Origin: an uncultured Akkermansia sp.
GTDB taxonomy: Bacteria; Verrucomicrobiota; Kiritimatiellia; RFP12; JAAYNR01
Direction: 5' to 3'
NCBI GenBank assembly: GCA_964506575.1
Contig: CAZDLY010000004.1
Location: 19,876 to 83,875, forward strand
Length of the DNA stretch: 64,000 nt
Part shown: piece by piece, positions 51,643-61,326 of the stretch
Layout of the letters: each line of letters starts with the position of its first letter
Numbering within the stretch: the stretch's first letter is position 1
Notes under the pieces: model-generated
Database searches by the model: none
Told to the model about the DNA's origin: nothing
Seen by the model: only the letters and a program-made list of their open reading frames with translations
Made by a program: the position numbers and the translations under genes

Positions 51643-52511
51643 CCGGATTGGAAAACGTGTTCGCGGTGCATGTCGCCGGGAAGGGGACGCTGACCTGTCG
51701 ATTGAAGGCCGGCACGCGTGTGCCCGGCGCGGGCGACACCGTGATCGTGGCGATTGACGATTGCGTGGAGAACGGCGTGATCGTGGACGACGACCCGGCG
51801 GATCATCTGCCGGCCGCCACGTTCATCCGGCTGGCCACGGAAGCCGATCTGAGCCGGATTGAGGCGAATCGGGCGGCGGCCAAAATCGATCTGGGGCGGA
51901 TCACCGAACGGGTTCGCGCCAGCGGCCTGTCGTTCAAGCCGCTGAATGCGCATTACAGCCTGAACCACGACCGGTTTGCGATCCAGTTCGGATGCGATGA
52001 GGATTTGGATGACAAGCGAATCATCGCCCTGATCCCCGTTGACATCAAGGCCCGCATCGACCTGAAGAAGGTCTGGCCACGGGAGTTATGCGCCATGATC
52101 GGCGGCATCGGGTGCTGCGGCCGCGCGTATTGCTGCTGCACGTGGCAGAACGAGTTCATTCCGGTCAATATCCGCATGGCCAAGATGCAGAACATCCCGC
52201 TGCTGGCAACGAGTCTCAACGGCGGCTGCGAACGGATCAAGTGTTGCCTGCGGTTTGAATATGATCAATACTGTGAGGCGGCTGATACCTTGCCGCCGTT
52301 GGGCACGGAGGTCGAGGGGGCCGGTGTGCGCGGCGTGGTTGTCGGGGGCGACGTGCTGCGCGGCATCGTGACCGTGCAGACCGGCGACGATCAGCAGCAA
52401 CGCATACCGGTTGCCGAGTTGCGTCGCGCGCCGGCGCCCCGGGGAGGCTGCGCACACGGCTCTTCTCCGGACCGGTCGGTGTGCGGAAAAAAAGGAGAGG
52501 GGATGCCATGA
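51639..52511 (+). CDS. PSP1/RicT (YaaT) family protein
   Basis: GGIG.CGR..CC, MAK.Q, G.C.R.KCCL.FE. Confidence 0.85.
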   Translation: MTGLENVFAVHVAGKGTLTCRLKAGTRVPGAGDTVIVAIDDCVENGVIVDDDPADHLPAATFIRLATEADLSRIEANRAAAKIDLGRITERVRASGLSFKPLNAHYSLNHDRFAIQFGCDEDLDDKRIIALIPVDIKARIDLKKVWPRELCAMIGGIGCCGRAYCCCTWQNEFIPVNIRMAKMQNIPLLATSLNGGCERIKCCLRFEYDQYCEAADTLPPLGTEVEGAGVRGVVVGGDVLRGIVTVQTGDDQQQRIPVAELRRAPAPRGGCAHGSSPDRSVCGKKGEGMP

Positions 52512-52954
52512 ACATGCGCATACGGATCGTGAACGGGCCGAATCTGGCCTTGCTGGGGACCCGGGAGCCCGGAATTTATGGCCGGGAGACACTCGACGGC
52601 ATTGTGCTGGCCGTGACCCGGCATGCGGCTTCACAGGGTGCGTCGATCGAGCATTTCCAGAGCGATGTCGAGGGGGATCTGGTGCGCCACATCGGAGCGA
52701 GCCGCGGGATGTGTGACGGCCTCATCATCAATCCGGCCGCCTATACGCACACCAGCGTGGCCATGCGCGATGCCATCAGCGCCTGCGGGCTGCCCAGCGT
52801 CGAAGTACATTTGTCGAACACGCACAGCCGCGAACCGTTCCGTCATCAAAGTCTGACGGTTCCGGTGTGCATCGGCCAGATCATGGGGTTCGGAGGCTAC
52901 GGGTATATCCTGGCCTTCGATGCGATCGCACATTACCTCAATGCGAAAAAGTGA
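52508..52954 (+). CDS. aroQ: Type II 3-dehydroquinate dehydratase
   Basis: NGPNL, REPGIYG, NPAAYTHTS, EVHLSN. Confidence 0.95.
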   Translation: MNMRIRIVNGPNLALLGTREPGIYGRETLDGIVLAVTRHAASQGASIEHFQSDVEGDLVRHIGASRGMCDGLIINPAAYTHTSVAMRDAISACGLPSVEVHLSNTHSREPFRHQSLTVPVCIGQIMGFGGYGYILAFDAIAHYLNAKK

Positions 52955-52961
52955 GGACACG

Positions 52962-53912
52962 ATGAACGATGGGGTGACGAAGACCGGCGCGTGCGGTACG
53001 ACGCGTTCGGTCGATATCTGGGTGGTCGGCTCGATCGGGATTGATGATATCGCCACGCCGCTGGAGTCCCGCAGGGATGTGCTGGGCGGTTCGGTGACTT
53101 ACGCCTGCGCCGCCGCGTCATTCTTCGCGCGCGTCGGCGCGGTCGGCATCGTCGGTTCGGATTTTCCGGAAACGTTTGCGGCGCGATATCGCTCTTTTGG
53201 CATCGATTTGGCCGGTTTGCAGCGCGCGTCCGGTCCGACCTTCCGTTGGAGCGGGGAGTATGCGGCGGATTTCATCAATCGCCGGACGATCCGGACGGAG
53301 CTGGGGGTGTTTGCCGACTTCAAGCCGGAATTGCCGGACGCTTTTCGGGGCGCGCCGTATGTGCTGTTGGGCAACATCGGGCCGGAGCTGCAGGAGCACG
53401 TCTTGAATCAGGCATGCGGGGCGCAATTCGTCATCGCCGACACGATGGATCTGTGGATCAACGTTGCGCGGGAGGCGCTGGAGCGCGTGATCAGCCGGGT
53501 GGATCTGCTGATGCTCAACGACGGCGAGGCCCGGTTGTTGACCGGCCGGCACAACCTCCGGGCGTGCGCGGAGGCGATTCTGGCGATGGGGCCGCGATAC
53601 GTGGTGATCAAGAAGGGCGAGCATGGCGCACAGCTATTCTCCAAGGCTGGGCTGGCGATCATTCCGGCTTATCCGGTTGATGCGGTGGCTGATCCGACCG
53701 GCGCCGGAGACACCTTTGCCGGCGGTTTTCTGGGGCATCTGGCGCGTTCCGGGCGAACCGACGAGGCGGCCATTAGAACCGCCTTGCTCTATGGTGCAAC
53801 GGTGGCGTCGTTTGGCGTCGAGGCGTTCAGCCTGGAGCGGCTGGAACGGCTGACTTTGCCCGAGATCGAAGCGCGGCTTGTCAAATTGCGTCAAATGATG
53901 ACGATCGGTTGA
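52962..53912 (+). CDS. PfkB family carbohydrate kinase
   Basis: VVGS, LGGS, KKGEHG, DPTGAGDTFAGG. Confidence 0.88.
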   Translation: MNDGVTKTGACGTTRSVDIWVVGSIGIDDIATPLESRRDVLGGSVTYACAAASFFARVGAVGIVGSDFPETFAARYRSFGIDLAGLQRASGPTFRWSGEYAADFINRRTIRTELGVFADFKPELPDAFRGAPYVLLGNIGPELQEHVLNQACGAQFVIADTMDLWINVAREALERVISRVDLLMLNDGEARLLTGRHNLRACAEAILAMGPRYVVIKKGEHGAQLFSKAGLAIIPAYPVDAVADPTGAGDTFAGGFLGHLARSGRTDEAAIRTALLYGATVASFGVEAFSLERLERLTLPEIEARLVKLRQMMTIG

Positions 53913-53954
53913 GCCTTTCCGTTTTCGTGTGTTGATGCGAAGAAACAGGCCAAC

Positions 53955-53982
53955 ACTTTACATAACATATATTATGCGACGT
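53955..53982 (-). other. dif: XerC/XerD dif recombination site
   Basis: Minus strand ACGTCGCATAA-TATATG-TTATGTAAAGT versus E. coli dif GGTGCGCATAA-TGTATA-TTATGTTAAAT; AT-rich 28-mer between convergent genes. Confidence 0.88.
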
Positions 53983-54008
53983 TGATGGCGGGCCTCGCGT
54001 GATTCGTC

Positions 54009-54965
54009 TTACAGAACCTTCAGCGTCTGTTTTACCGCCGCCCGCGCCGCAATCGGCATGGTTTTCCAGCCCAGAGCGGATTTGATCTTGTGATTTGAAA
54101 CCACGTAGGACTCGGTCAGTTTCCGAAACCGCTCGCTGTTGAGAGGCAGCCGCAACGCGTCGCCCATCCGCGCCGCCAGCCTGATCCAACCGGCCGGCAC
54201 CCGCCAGATACGCGCAGGTTTGTTGAACGTCTCGGCGATCAGGGCGATCAGCTCGTTTGTCGAGAGGGTCTCGTCATCAGCCACCTGGTAGATCCCGGAC
54301 GCCGCCGGTCCAGCCAGCAGCCCCTCGACCACTGCACAGACGTTGCCGATCGAGGCGAACGATCGCTGGTTGTCGAACGCGCCCAAGGGCCATGGCACCC
54401 CTTTTCGAACGAGCGTGTACAGCAGATTGAGGTTACCTTTGTTTCCCGGGCCGTAAATCATGCAGGGACGCAGGATTACGCCGCACAGGGCCTCCGGCCG
54501 TGCGGCGGCGGCCTCCCGGACGATCCGTTCCGCCTCCAGCTTGCTCTTGCCGTAAGGCGTTTGCGGAGCGGGTGCCGCGTCCTCCGTGAGCACACCGTCA
54601 AGCGAATCGGCGCACGCCTTGACGGAACTGAACAGGATGAATCGGATCGGACGCGACGGTGAGGCGTCCACAATCCGCCGCACAATCTTCTCGGTCAGCC
54701 CCGCGTTGATGTCAAAATAGCTTTGGGCGTCGGCTGTGCGCCGGGTGTCATGCGCTTTTCCCGCCAGATGCACCACCGCGTCCACCTCGTTCCACGGCAC
54801 GCGATCCAGATCGTCCCACGTAAACAGCCGCGCATGCGCGCCACCCGACGCAGGAGCGGCTCCGGCCACATCCAGCGCCCAGACTCCCCTGCCCCGCTCC
54901 GCCAGCCAGGCCGACAGGTTGGTCCCCACAAACCCAAACGCCCCCGTTATCAGCACCTGTTCCAT
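54009..54965 (-). CDS. NAD-dependent epimerase/dehydratase
   Basis: TGAFGFVG, HLAG, YGKSK, LRP..YG. Confidence 0.88.
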   Translation of the reverse strand: MEQVLITGAFGFVGTNLSAWLAERGRGVWALDVAGAAPASGGAHARLFTWDDLDRVPWNEVDAVVHLAGKAHDTRRTADAQSYFDINAGLTEKIVRRIVDASPSRPIRFILFSSVKACADSLDGVLTEDAAPAPQTPYGKSKLEAERIVREAAAARPEALCGVILRPCMIYGPGNKGNLNLLYTLVRKGVPWPLGAFDNQRSFASIGNVCAVVEGLLAGPAASGIYQVADDETLSTNELIALIAETFNKPARIWRVPAGWIRLAARMGDALRLPLNSERFRKLTESYVVSNHKIKSALGWKTMPIAARAAVKQTLKVL

Positions 54966-55014
54966 GTGCGGCGAGTATACCGCATTCTTTCAGGCGTGTA
55001 CAACCGATTTGGCC

Positions 55015-55043
55015 TTGCACGCGGGGGGCGGGTTGATTATAGT
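55015..55043 (+). promoter_or_regulatory. sigma70 promoter of ruvC
   Basis: TTGCAC-17nt-TATAGT. Confidence 0.6.
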
Positions 55044-55057
55044 AAACCGAATCCTGC

Positions 55058-55576
55058 ATGAATACGCCGCCTGACACTTTGCGCATCCTGGGGATTGACG
55101 CGTCACTGCGATCAACCGGGCTGGGCATTGTCGAGGCGGAGGGGTCGCGCATGAGAGCCGTCTGGCACGGGCGGGTTCGCAACCCCCCGACGCGCCCGCT
55201 GTCGGCCTGTCTGGTCGCCCTGCAGGATGCGGTCTGTGAACAGATCGCCGCCCACCAGCCCCAGGCGGCCGCCATCGAGGGCGTCTTCTTCTCCAAAAAC
55301 ATCCATACGACGCTGATCCTGGGCCATGCCCGCGGCGTGCTGATCGGCCAGTGCGCCCGCCAGGGCGTCCCGGTCTACGAATACGAGCCGCGCCGCGTCA
55401 AGCAGGCGGTGGTCGGATTCGGCGGCGCGGTGAAGGATCAGATGCAGCGGATGGTGATGACCCTGCTGAACCTTCCCGAACTCCCGCAGGAGGACGAGGC
55501 CGACGCGCTCGCCCTTGCCATCTGCCACCTCCACAACCGCACGCGGCTGCGGCTAACCGGCATCGACCCGCTGTGA
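55058..55576 (+). CDS. ruvC: Holliday junction resolvase RuvC
   Basis: ILGID, AIE, LGHARG, VKQAVVG.G, DEADALALA. Confidence 0.93.
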   Translation: MNTPPDTLRILGIDASLRSTGLGIVEAEGSRMRAVWHGRVRNPPTRPLSACLVALQDAVCEQIAAHQPQAAAIEGVFFSKNIHTTLILGHARGVLIGQCARQGVPVYEYEPRRVKQAVVGFGGAVKDQMQRMVMTLLNLPELPQEDEADALALAICHLHNRTRLRLTGIDPL

Positions 55577-55637
55577 CTCCCCCACCCCGCTCAACCCCGT
55601 GTCCCCGACAATCCGGCCCCCGGCAAGCACCCCAACG

Positions 55638-56774
55638 ATGAACATGCCCCGTCCATCCTGTTCCACCCCGCGCCGCGTGTGGCTCGACATCAGCCTCGAC
55701 ACCCTGCGCACCAATTACCGCCATATCGCCCGGGCCGTGTCGCCCTGTGCCGTGATGGCCGTGCTGAAGGCGAATGCTTACGGACTCGGCGTGCGACCGA
55801 TCGCCGGCGCACTCGCTCAGGAAGGGGTGGCCGCATTCGGCGTCGCCGAACCCCACGAGGCCTTCGCCCTGCTCGACCTCGGTATTCCGATCCACATTCT
55901 CGGCAGCGTGCTGCCCGACGAGATTCCCGAGCTGGTCGCCGCGGGCGTCGTGATGCCCGTCACCGATCTCGACACCGCCCGCGCGATCAGCCGTGAGGCG
56001 GTCCGGCAGGGCCGCGCCGCCACCGTCCACTTCAAGGTCGACACCGGCATGGGGCGGCTCGGCATGCTCATCGGCGAGGCGGCGGAGACGATCCAAGCCG
56101 CGTGCCGACTCCCCGGCTTGAAGGCCGACGGGATTTACACCCACTTTCCCGTCGCGTATCAGACCGGCAGCGCGTTTACGCGCGAACAAATCCGCCGCTT
56201 TATCGAATTGCTCGACACCCTGTCTGCCACAGGCCTGTCCTTTGCCCAACGCCACATCGCCAACAGCGACGCCGTCAATAACGTCCCCGAAGCCTGCCAC
56301 CCGCCGTTTAATCTGGTTCGGACTGGGATTAACCTGCACGGTTCGTTTGACACCGAGGGGATGCGCGTGCTCGACCTCGCGCCCGTGCTGACGCTGAAAA
56401 CCCGGCTGACCGCCGCGCGCACGCTGCCGGCAGGCTCCAGCATCGGTTACGGGCTCAGCTACCGTCTGCCGCGGGCCACGCGCGTCGGCACCATCTCCGC
56501 CGGCTATGCCGACGGACTGCCGCTCGCCCTCTCCAACCGCGGCCACGTCCTGATCCGCGGCGTTCCCTGCCCGATCCTGGGCCGGCTCTCGATGGACTAC
56601 ACCACCGTCTCGCTGGAGCAGGTTCCCGACGCCGCCGTCGGCGACGAGGTGGTCTGCCTGGGGGGCGAGGGACCGATGGCGATCAGCGTCGAGGACTGGG
56701 CGCACTTGAAAAACACCCACCCCTATGAGATCATCTGCTCGCTCGGTTCCCGGGTCGAGCGGCGCTACCGATAG
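55638..56774 (+). CDS. alr: Alanine racemase
   Basis: VLKANAYG, KVDTGM.R.G, GYADG, GRLSMD, YEI. Confidence 0.93.
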   Translation: MNMPRPSCSTPRRVWLDISLDTLRTNYRHIARAVSPCAVMAVLKANAYGLGVRPIAGALAQEGVAAFGVAEPHEAFALLDLGIPIHILGSVLPDEIPELVAAGVVMPVTDLDTARAISREAVRQGRAATVHFKVDTGMGRLGMLIGEAAETIQAACRLPGLKADGIYTHFPVAYQTGSAFTREQIRRFIELLDTLSATGLSFAQRHIANSDAVNNVPEACHPPFNLVRTGINLHGSFDTEGMRVLDLAPVLTLKTRLTAARTLPAGSSIGYGLSYRLPRATRVGTISAGYADGLPLALSNRGHVLIRGVPCPILGRLSMDYTTVSLEQVPDAAVGDEVVCLGGEGPMAISVEDWAHLKNTHPYEIICSLGSRVERRYR

Positions 56775-56792
56775 GGTGACCGGGGGGCAAAC

Positions 56793-58373
56793 ATGAAATT
56801 TCTGAAAGCCGAACAAATCCGCATGCTGGACAGGCGGATGATCCAGGAGCGGAAATGCGCGGGCATGATGTTGATGAACCGCGCCGGCCTGGCCGTGGCG
56901 CAGGTGATCGCACAGTTGGCAACCGTGCGCAACGAGCACCGCCGCGTGACGTTTGTGGTCGGCAAGGGAAACAATGGCGGCGACGCGCTGGTGGCCGCCC
57001 GCCACCTGCATGAGAGCGGCTGGCATGTCGGCGTGCTCATGACCAGCCTCCCCTCCCAACTGAAGGGCGATGCCTACGAGGCGTGGAACGATCTCCATGC
57101 TGCTGGAATCGTTCATCAGGTTCTCGCCGATCCGCGCGACTGGGAGGACGCGGCCTGCGAGGGCCGGGTCACCGCCCGTCTGCCGATCACCGGCATCATC
57201 GTGGACGGCCTGCTCGGCACCGGCGCGGAGGGCCCGCCACACGGCGTCGCGGCGGCCGCGATCCGCTGGATCCGATCGGCGCACAAACGGGCGATTGTCG
57301 TCGCGATCGACATCCCCAGCGGTGTGGACGCCGACACCGGCGCGGTCGCCGGAGATGCCGTGACCGCCGACATCACCGTCACCTTCGCCTATCCCAAAGT
57401 CGGGTTTCTCAATCCGGTCGCTCAAAACTGCATCGGTCATGTCGTGGTCGCCGATATCGGCATCCATGAAAATTTCGGCGCCGAAGCGGAATGCGAAGCG
57501 GATGAGCGGATTCAACTGATTGCCGCGCCGGAGCTGAACCGCCTCCTGCCGATCCGCCCGGAATCCGCCCATAAGCGCCTCTTCGGACATATCGGCGTCA
57601 TCGCCGGCGCCCGAGGCTACTCCGGCGCGCCGGCGCTGATGGTCGCCGGCGCGCTGCGCGCCGGCGCCGGCCTCATCACCGCGGCCGTCCCCCCCGAGGC
57701 GATCCCCGCGTTGGCCGCGCACGCTCCCGAAGCGATGGCCTATCCGCTCGATGCCCCCGACGGCGTCATCACGGTGAGCGCCCTCGAACGCTGGGGCCGG
57801 TCGCTGGATGCTTTCGATTGCCTCGCCCTGGGGCCTGGCATGACCGCCGCCGACACCACCCGGGACGTCGTGCAATGGGTGCTCGACCGGTATGACGGCC
57901 GCGTGGTGCTCGATGCCGACGCCCTGAACGTCCTCCCCCGTCTCACGCTGCGCAAGCCGGAGCGACTGATCCTCACGCCCCATCCCGGCGAGGCGGCGCG
58001 GTTGCTGGGGCTGACGCCCGCCGCCGTCCAGGCCGACCGCCTCGGCGCGATCATCGCACTGGCCGCGCGGTTTGGCGGCACCGCCGTACTCAAAGGAGCC
58101 GGCACGCTGGTCTGCGAAGCCGCGGGCGAACCGTGGATCACCTTCACCGGCAACCCCGGCATGGCGACAGGCGGCAGCGGCGATGTCCTGACCGGCATCA
58201 TTGCCGCCATGGCCGCGCGACCGATGGCCGCCTTCGACGCCGCCCGTCTGGGCGTCTGGCTGCACGGCGCCGCCGGCGATTTCGCCATGTGGCGCGAAAG
58301 TCAGGAGGCGCTGACCGCGCTCGACATCACCCGCTCCCTCTCCCACGCCTTCGCCATGCTGCGGAATGCGTGA
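56793..58373 (+). CDS. nnr: Bifunctional NAD(P)HX epimerase/dehydratase
   Basis: GKGNNGGD, DGLLGTG, DIPSG, TPHPGE, GSGDVL. Confidence 0.92.
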   Translation: MKFLKAEQIRMLDRRMIQERKCAGMMLMNRAGLAVAQVIAQLATVRNEHRRVTFVVGKGNNGGDALVAARHLHESGWHVGVLMTSLPSQLKGDAYEAWNDLHAAGIVHQVLADPRDWEDAACEGRVTARLPITGIIVDGLLGTGAEGPPHGVAAAAIRWIRSAHKRAIVVAIDIPSGVDADTGAVAGDAVTADITVTFAYPKVGFLNPVAQNCIGHVVVADIGIHENFGAEAECEADERIQLIAAPELNRLLPIRPESAHKRLFGHIGVIAGARGYSGAPALMVAGALRAGAGLITAAVPPEAIPALAAHAPEAMAYPLDAPDGVITVSALERWGRSLDAFDCLALGPGMTAADTTRDVVQWVLDRYDGRVVLDADALNVLPRLTLRKPERLILTPHPGEAARLLGLTPAAVQADRLGAIIALAARFGGTAVLKGAGTLVCEAAGEPWITFTGNPGMATGGSGDVLTGIIAAMAARPMAAFDAARLGVWLHGAAGDFAMWRESQEALTALDITRSLSHAFAMLRNA

Positions 58374-58412
58374 CACACCCCATCGCAATCGCGTTGAACC
58401 GGAGGCATTACC

Positions 58413-60320
58413 ATGACAACCACCCCGACGGAGCAGGGCACGCCGTCCACGAATGCGGCCGACCGGCTGGGCGCCCTCGCGCCGTTTGCCGCGGATCTGG
58501 CGATCATGGCCGCGGCGCTTTTCGCGGCCTATACCCTGCGCTATAACTTCAATTGGACGCGCATCGACGTCGAGGCCGATCGCATCCTCCTGCACGTGGG
58601 TCTGCTGGCGGCCATCCAGGTTCTGGCGCTCGCCGCCTTTGGCTGTTACCGGCTCATCTGGCGGTTCATCGGCGTGGACGACGTGCCGCGGTTTGTCTAT
58701 GCCGTCGGGTTGACCACCGCCGTTCTCGTTTCCGTGATGGCCCCGTTGCCGCCCGGCGTCACCATCCGGATGCCTGTGGGCGTGGTGATCCTCAATGGTG
58801 TCTTTGTTCTGGGCGGCCTGTTGCTCACCCGGTCCTTCTGGCGGATCGCTGCGGGCTCCGGCGCGGCGGGCGTCGGTCGCGGCCCGCTGCGGCGGGTGCT
58901 GCTGGTCGGCGCGGGTGTCACGGGCAACCAGGTCTTGCGCGAGATGCAGCAGCATCAGCGCCGGCGGATCCGCGTCATCGGCTTTCTTGATGACGCGCCC
59001 GCCAAGCGGCGGGTCCTGCTGCAGGGTGTCCGCGTGCTCGGCACGGTTGACCGGCTCGACGAGCTGGTGGTCCGGCACGCGATTGACGAAGTCATCGTCA
59101 CCATGGTGCGCGCGCCGCGCGAACTCATCGAGCGCGTGACGGCCTGCTGCGAACGGCGCGGCGTCCCCGTCCGCATCGTTCCCGACTACTATGAGGTCAT
59201 CACGGGCAGCGTCACCGTCAACCGCCTCCGTGAGATCGACATCACCGATCTTCTCGGACGCGAAGAGGGCGTGCTGGACGACCCGTCGGCCCTGGCGTTC
59301 TTCAGCGGCAAGCGGGTGCTGGTCACCGGCGCAGGCGGCACCATCGGCGCCGAGCTGACCCGCCAGGTCGCCCGCATGGGGCCGGCGCAGGTGGTGCTGA
59401 TCGAGCGCGCGGAGAACGCCCTTTACGAAATCGAACGCGACATGCATGCCGGCATCCGCGACGTGCCGATTGTGCCGATTCTGGCCGACATCGGCGACGC
59501 GATGCGCATGGGCGCCATCCTGGCCGCCCACAAGCCGCACATCATTCTGCACGCCGCCGCGCACAAGCACGTGCCGCTGATGGAGGCCAATCCGGGTGAG
59601 GCGGTGCGGAACAACGTGCTGGCCACCCGGAGGCTCGGGCTGCTGGCGATCCGTCATCAGGTGCAGAGTTTTCTCCTGATTTCGACCGACAAGGCGGTGC
59701 GTCCGTCGTCGGTCATGGGCGGAAGCAAACGGCTGGCTGAACACGTCATCCAGGCGCTCAACGGCGCCGGGTCCACCCGCTTCTGCGCGGTTCGCTTTGG
59801 CAACGTGCTCGGCTCGTCAGGATCGGTGGTGCCGTTGTTCCGCGAACAGATCAAGGCCGGCGGCCCGGTCACGGTCACGCATCCCGACATGGCGCGTTAC
59901 TTCATGACCACGCGCGAGGCGGTGCGGCTGGTCCTTCATGCAACCGCGCGCGCGGCGGGCGGAGAAATTTTTGTCCTCGACATGGGCCTGCCCATCAGGA
60001 TCGTCGATCTGGCCGAGATGATGATCCGGCTCTCGGGACTCCGTCCGCACGAAGACATCGCCATCACCTACACGGGCATCCGGCCGGGGGAAAAACTGCA
60101 TGAGGAACTCGATCTCAGCGACACGTCGGTGGTCAGGACGGGTCACGCCCGCGTCTTCGTCGGCAAGGTGCCCCAGTGCCCCGCAAGCGAGATTGATCGC
60201 ATGTGCGCCGATCTGGAACAGGTGTCTTCCGGAACGGTCGACGACGACACCATCCGTTCCGCCATCCTGAAATGGGTCGCGGCGCTGGACACCCGGCAGG
60301 TCGCCTCCGTTGAACCCTGA
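58413..60320 (+). CDS. Membrane-bound nucleoside-diphosphate sugar dehydratase (CapD/WbpM/PglF-like)
   Basis: 4 N-terminal TM, TGAGGTIG, HAAAHKHVP, ISTDKAV, RFGNVLGS, RPGEKL. Confidence 0.92.
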   Translation: MTTTPTEQGTPSTNAADRLGALAPFAADLAIMAAALFAAYTLRYNFNWTRIDVEADRILLHVGLLAAIQVLALAAFGCYRLIWRFIGVDDVPRFVYAVGLTTAVLVSVMAPLPPGVTIRMPVGVVILNGVFVLGGLLLTRSFWRIAAGSGAAGVGRGPLRRVLLVGAGVTGNQVLREMQQHQRRRIRVIGFLDDAPAKRRVLLQGVRVLGTVDRLDELVVRHAIDEVIVTMVRAPRELIERVTACCERRGVPVRIVPDYYEVITGSVTVNRLREIDITDLLGREEGVLDDPSALAFFSGKRVLVTGAGGTIGAELTRQVARMGPAQVVLIERAENALYEIERDMHAGIRDVPIVPILADIGDAMRMGAILAAHKPHIILHAAAHKHVPLMEANPGEAVRNNVLATRRLGLLAIRHQVQSFLLISTDKAVRPSSVMGGSKRLAEHVIQALNGAGSTRFCAVRFGNVLGSSGSVVPLFREQIKAGGPVTVTHPDMARYFMTTREAVRLVLHATARAAGGEIFVLDMGLPIRIVDLAEMMIRLSGLRPHEDIAITYTGIRPGEKLHEELDLSDTSVVRTGHARVFVGKVPQCPASEIDRMCADLEQVSSGTVDDDTIRSAILKWVAALDTRQVASVEP

Positions 60321-60387
60321 TCTGAGGGACGCCAACTCCCCCCGTTGACTCTGACTGTGCCACCGCTGCTCGCCCACGCATCGAGCC

Positions 60388-60412
60388 AGGGCAGACCCGT
60401 CCCTTGGCGCAC
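60388..60412. repeat. 25-bp direct repeat, left of vapBC
   Basis: AGGGCAGACCCGTCCCTTGGCGCAC, 24/25 identical to 61294-61318. Confidence 0.85.
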
Positions 60413-60433
60413 TATATTGCACTATATTGCCGC

Positions 60434-60463
60434 TTGACACCGATCGCCCATGTGTCACATACT
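60434..60463 (+). promoter_or_regulatory. vapBC promoter with palindromic operator
   Basis: TTGACA-18-CATACT; ATGTG-T-CACAT inverted repeat at 60450-60460; ATG 7 nt after -10. Confidence 0.7.
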
Positions 60464-60470
60464 GTGCAAC

Positions 60471-60713
60471 ATGAAAACAGCAACCATCAGGCAGGTCCGT
60501 CACGACTTCAGCACTGTCCTGACATGGGTCACAGCAGGGGAGGAAGTCACGGTATTGAACCGGACTCGTCCGGTTGCCCGCATCTGCCCGCCACGCGCCC
60601 AACCCTTGGCCAGATTCAAGATGCCGGATTTCGCGGCGCGCGCCAAGGCGATCTTTGGCAATCGTGTGATCTCCAATATCGTCCTGGAGGAACGGGAGAA
60701 GAGCCGATGGTAG
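60471..60713 (+). CDS. Phd/YefM-family antitoxin
   Basis: MKTATIR...F..VL..V.AGEEV.V..R.RPVARI.P. Confidence 0.85.
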   Translation: MKTATIRQVRHDFSTVLTWVTAGEEVTVLNRTRPVARICPPRAQPLARFKMPDFAARAKAIFGNRVISNIVLEEREKSRW

Positions 60714-61141
60714 CCTATGCTGACACCAGTTTTCTGTTTTCGCTTTATGCCCAGGACGGGAATACCGTCCGCGCGGCGCAGATCGTTGATGCGCTCGATG
60801 CGTCGCTTGTGCTCACCCCTTTGCAACGGCACGAGCTTCGTAACGCCTTCCGGCTGGCCGCGTTTCGGGGGGATATCACAGGCGATGAATGCCAAAAGCT
60901 CCTGGAATCATTCAACGGCGACATTCATTCCGGCACATTGGTCGAAACCCCCGTGGCGTGGGCGGAAGTGTTTGCCGAAGCGGAGGCTTTGAGCGCTGCC
61001 CACACAAGAAAACTGGGCAGTCGCGGCTTTGATGTTTTGCACGTGGCCACAGCCGCCACACTTGGCGCTAAAGGTTTCTTTACCTTTGATGTCCGGCAAA
61101 AGGCGCTGGCCGTTAAATCCGGGATGAAGGTGCGGCCATAG
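60707..61141 (+). CDS. vapC: PIN-domain toxin VapC
   Basis: YADTSFL, E, DVLHVATA, TFD.RQ..LA. Confidence 0.88.
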   Translation: MVAYADTSFLFSLYAQDGNTVRAAQIVDALDASLVLTPLQRHELRNAFRLAAFRGDITGDECQKLLESFNGDIHSGTLVETPVAWAEVFAEAEALSAAHTRKLGSRGFDVLHVATAATLGAKGFFTFDVRQKALAVKSGMKVRP

Positions 61142-61181
61142 GCTGGCACGAGAATTGAAAACCTGCCGTTGGTTCCCGATC

Positions 61182-61293
61182 TACTGGGGCTGAGTCGTGG
61201 TCCATATCAACGGCAAGGAAGTGGCCTGCGGCAATCTTCCGGGTCAGACCTCCGACTGGGGCGAGCCGGCCGAGGATTACCCGGATGAGAACG
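61182..61293 (+). pseudogene. Short gene relic
   Basis: Translates YWG*VVVHINGKEVACGNLPG...AEDYP, resembling the GxVVYxNGxEVxRxxLP beta-sandwich motif; internal TGA, no start. Confidence 0.45.
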
Positions 61294-61318
61294 AGGGCAG
61301 TCCCGTCCCTTGGCGCAC
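61294..61318. repeat. 25-bp direct repeat, right of vapBC
   Basis: AGGGCAGTCCCGTCCCTTGGCGCAC. Confidence 0.85.
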
Positions 61319-61326
61319 CTCTCTCC

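Noticed and set aside
55398-59744. 1448-aa minus-strand ORF (and similar long antisense ORFs such as 336-2471, 9206-11635, 19365-21521)
   Set aside because: Shadow frames opposite well-supported genes in high-GC DNA; no recognisable motifs
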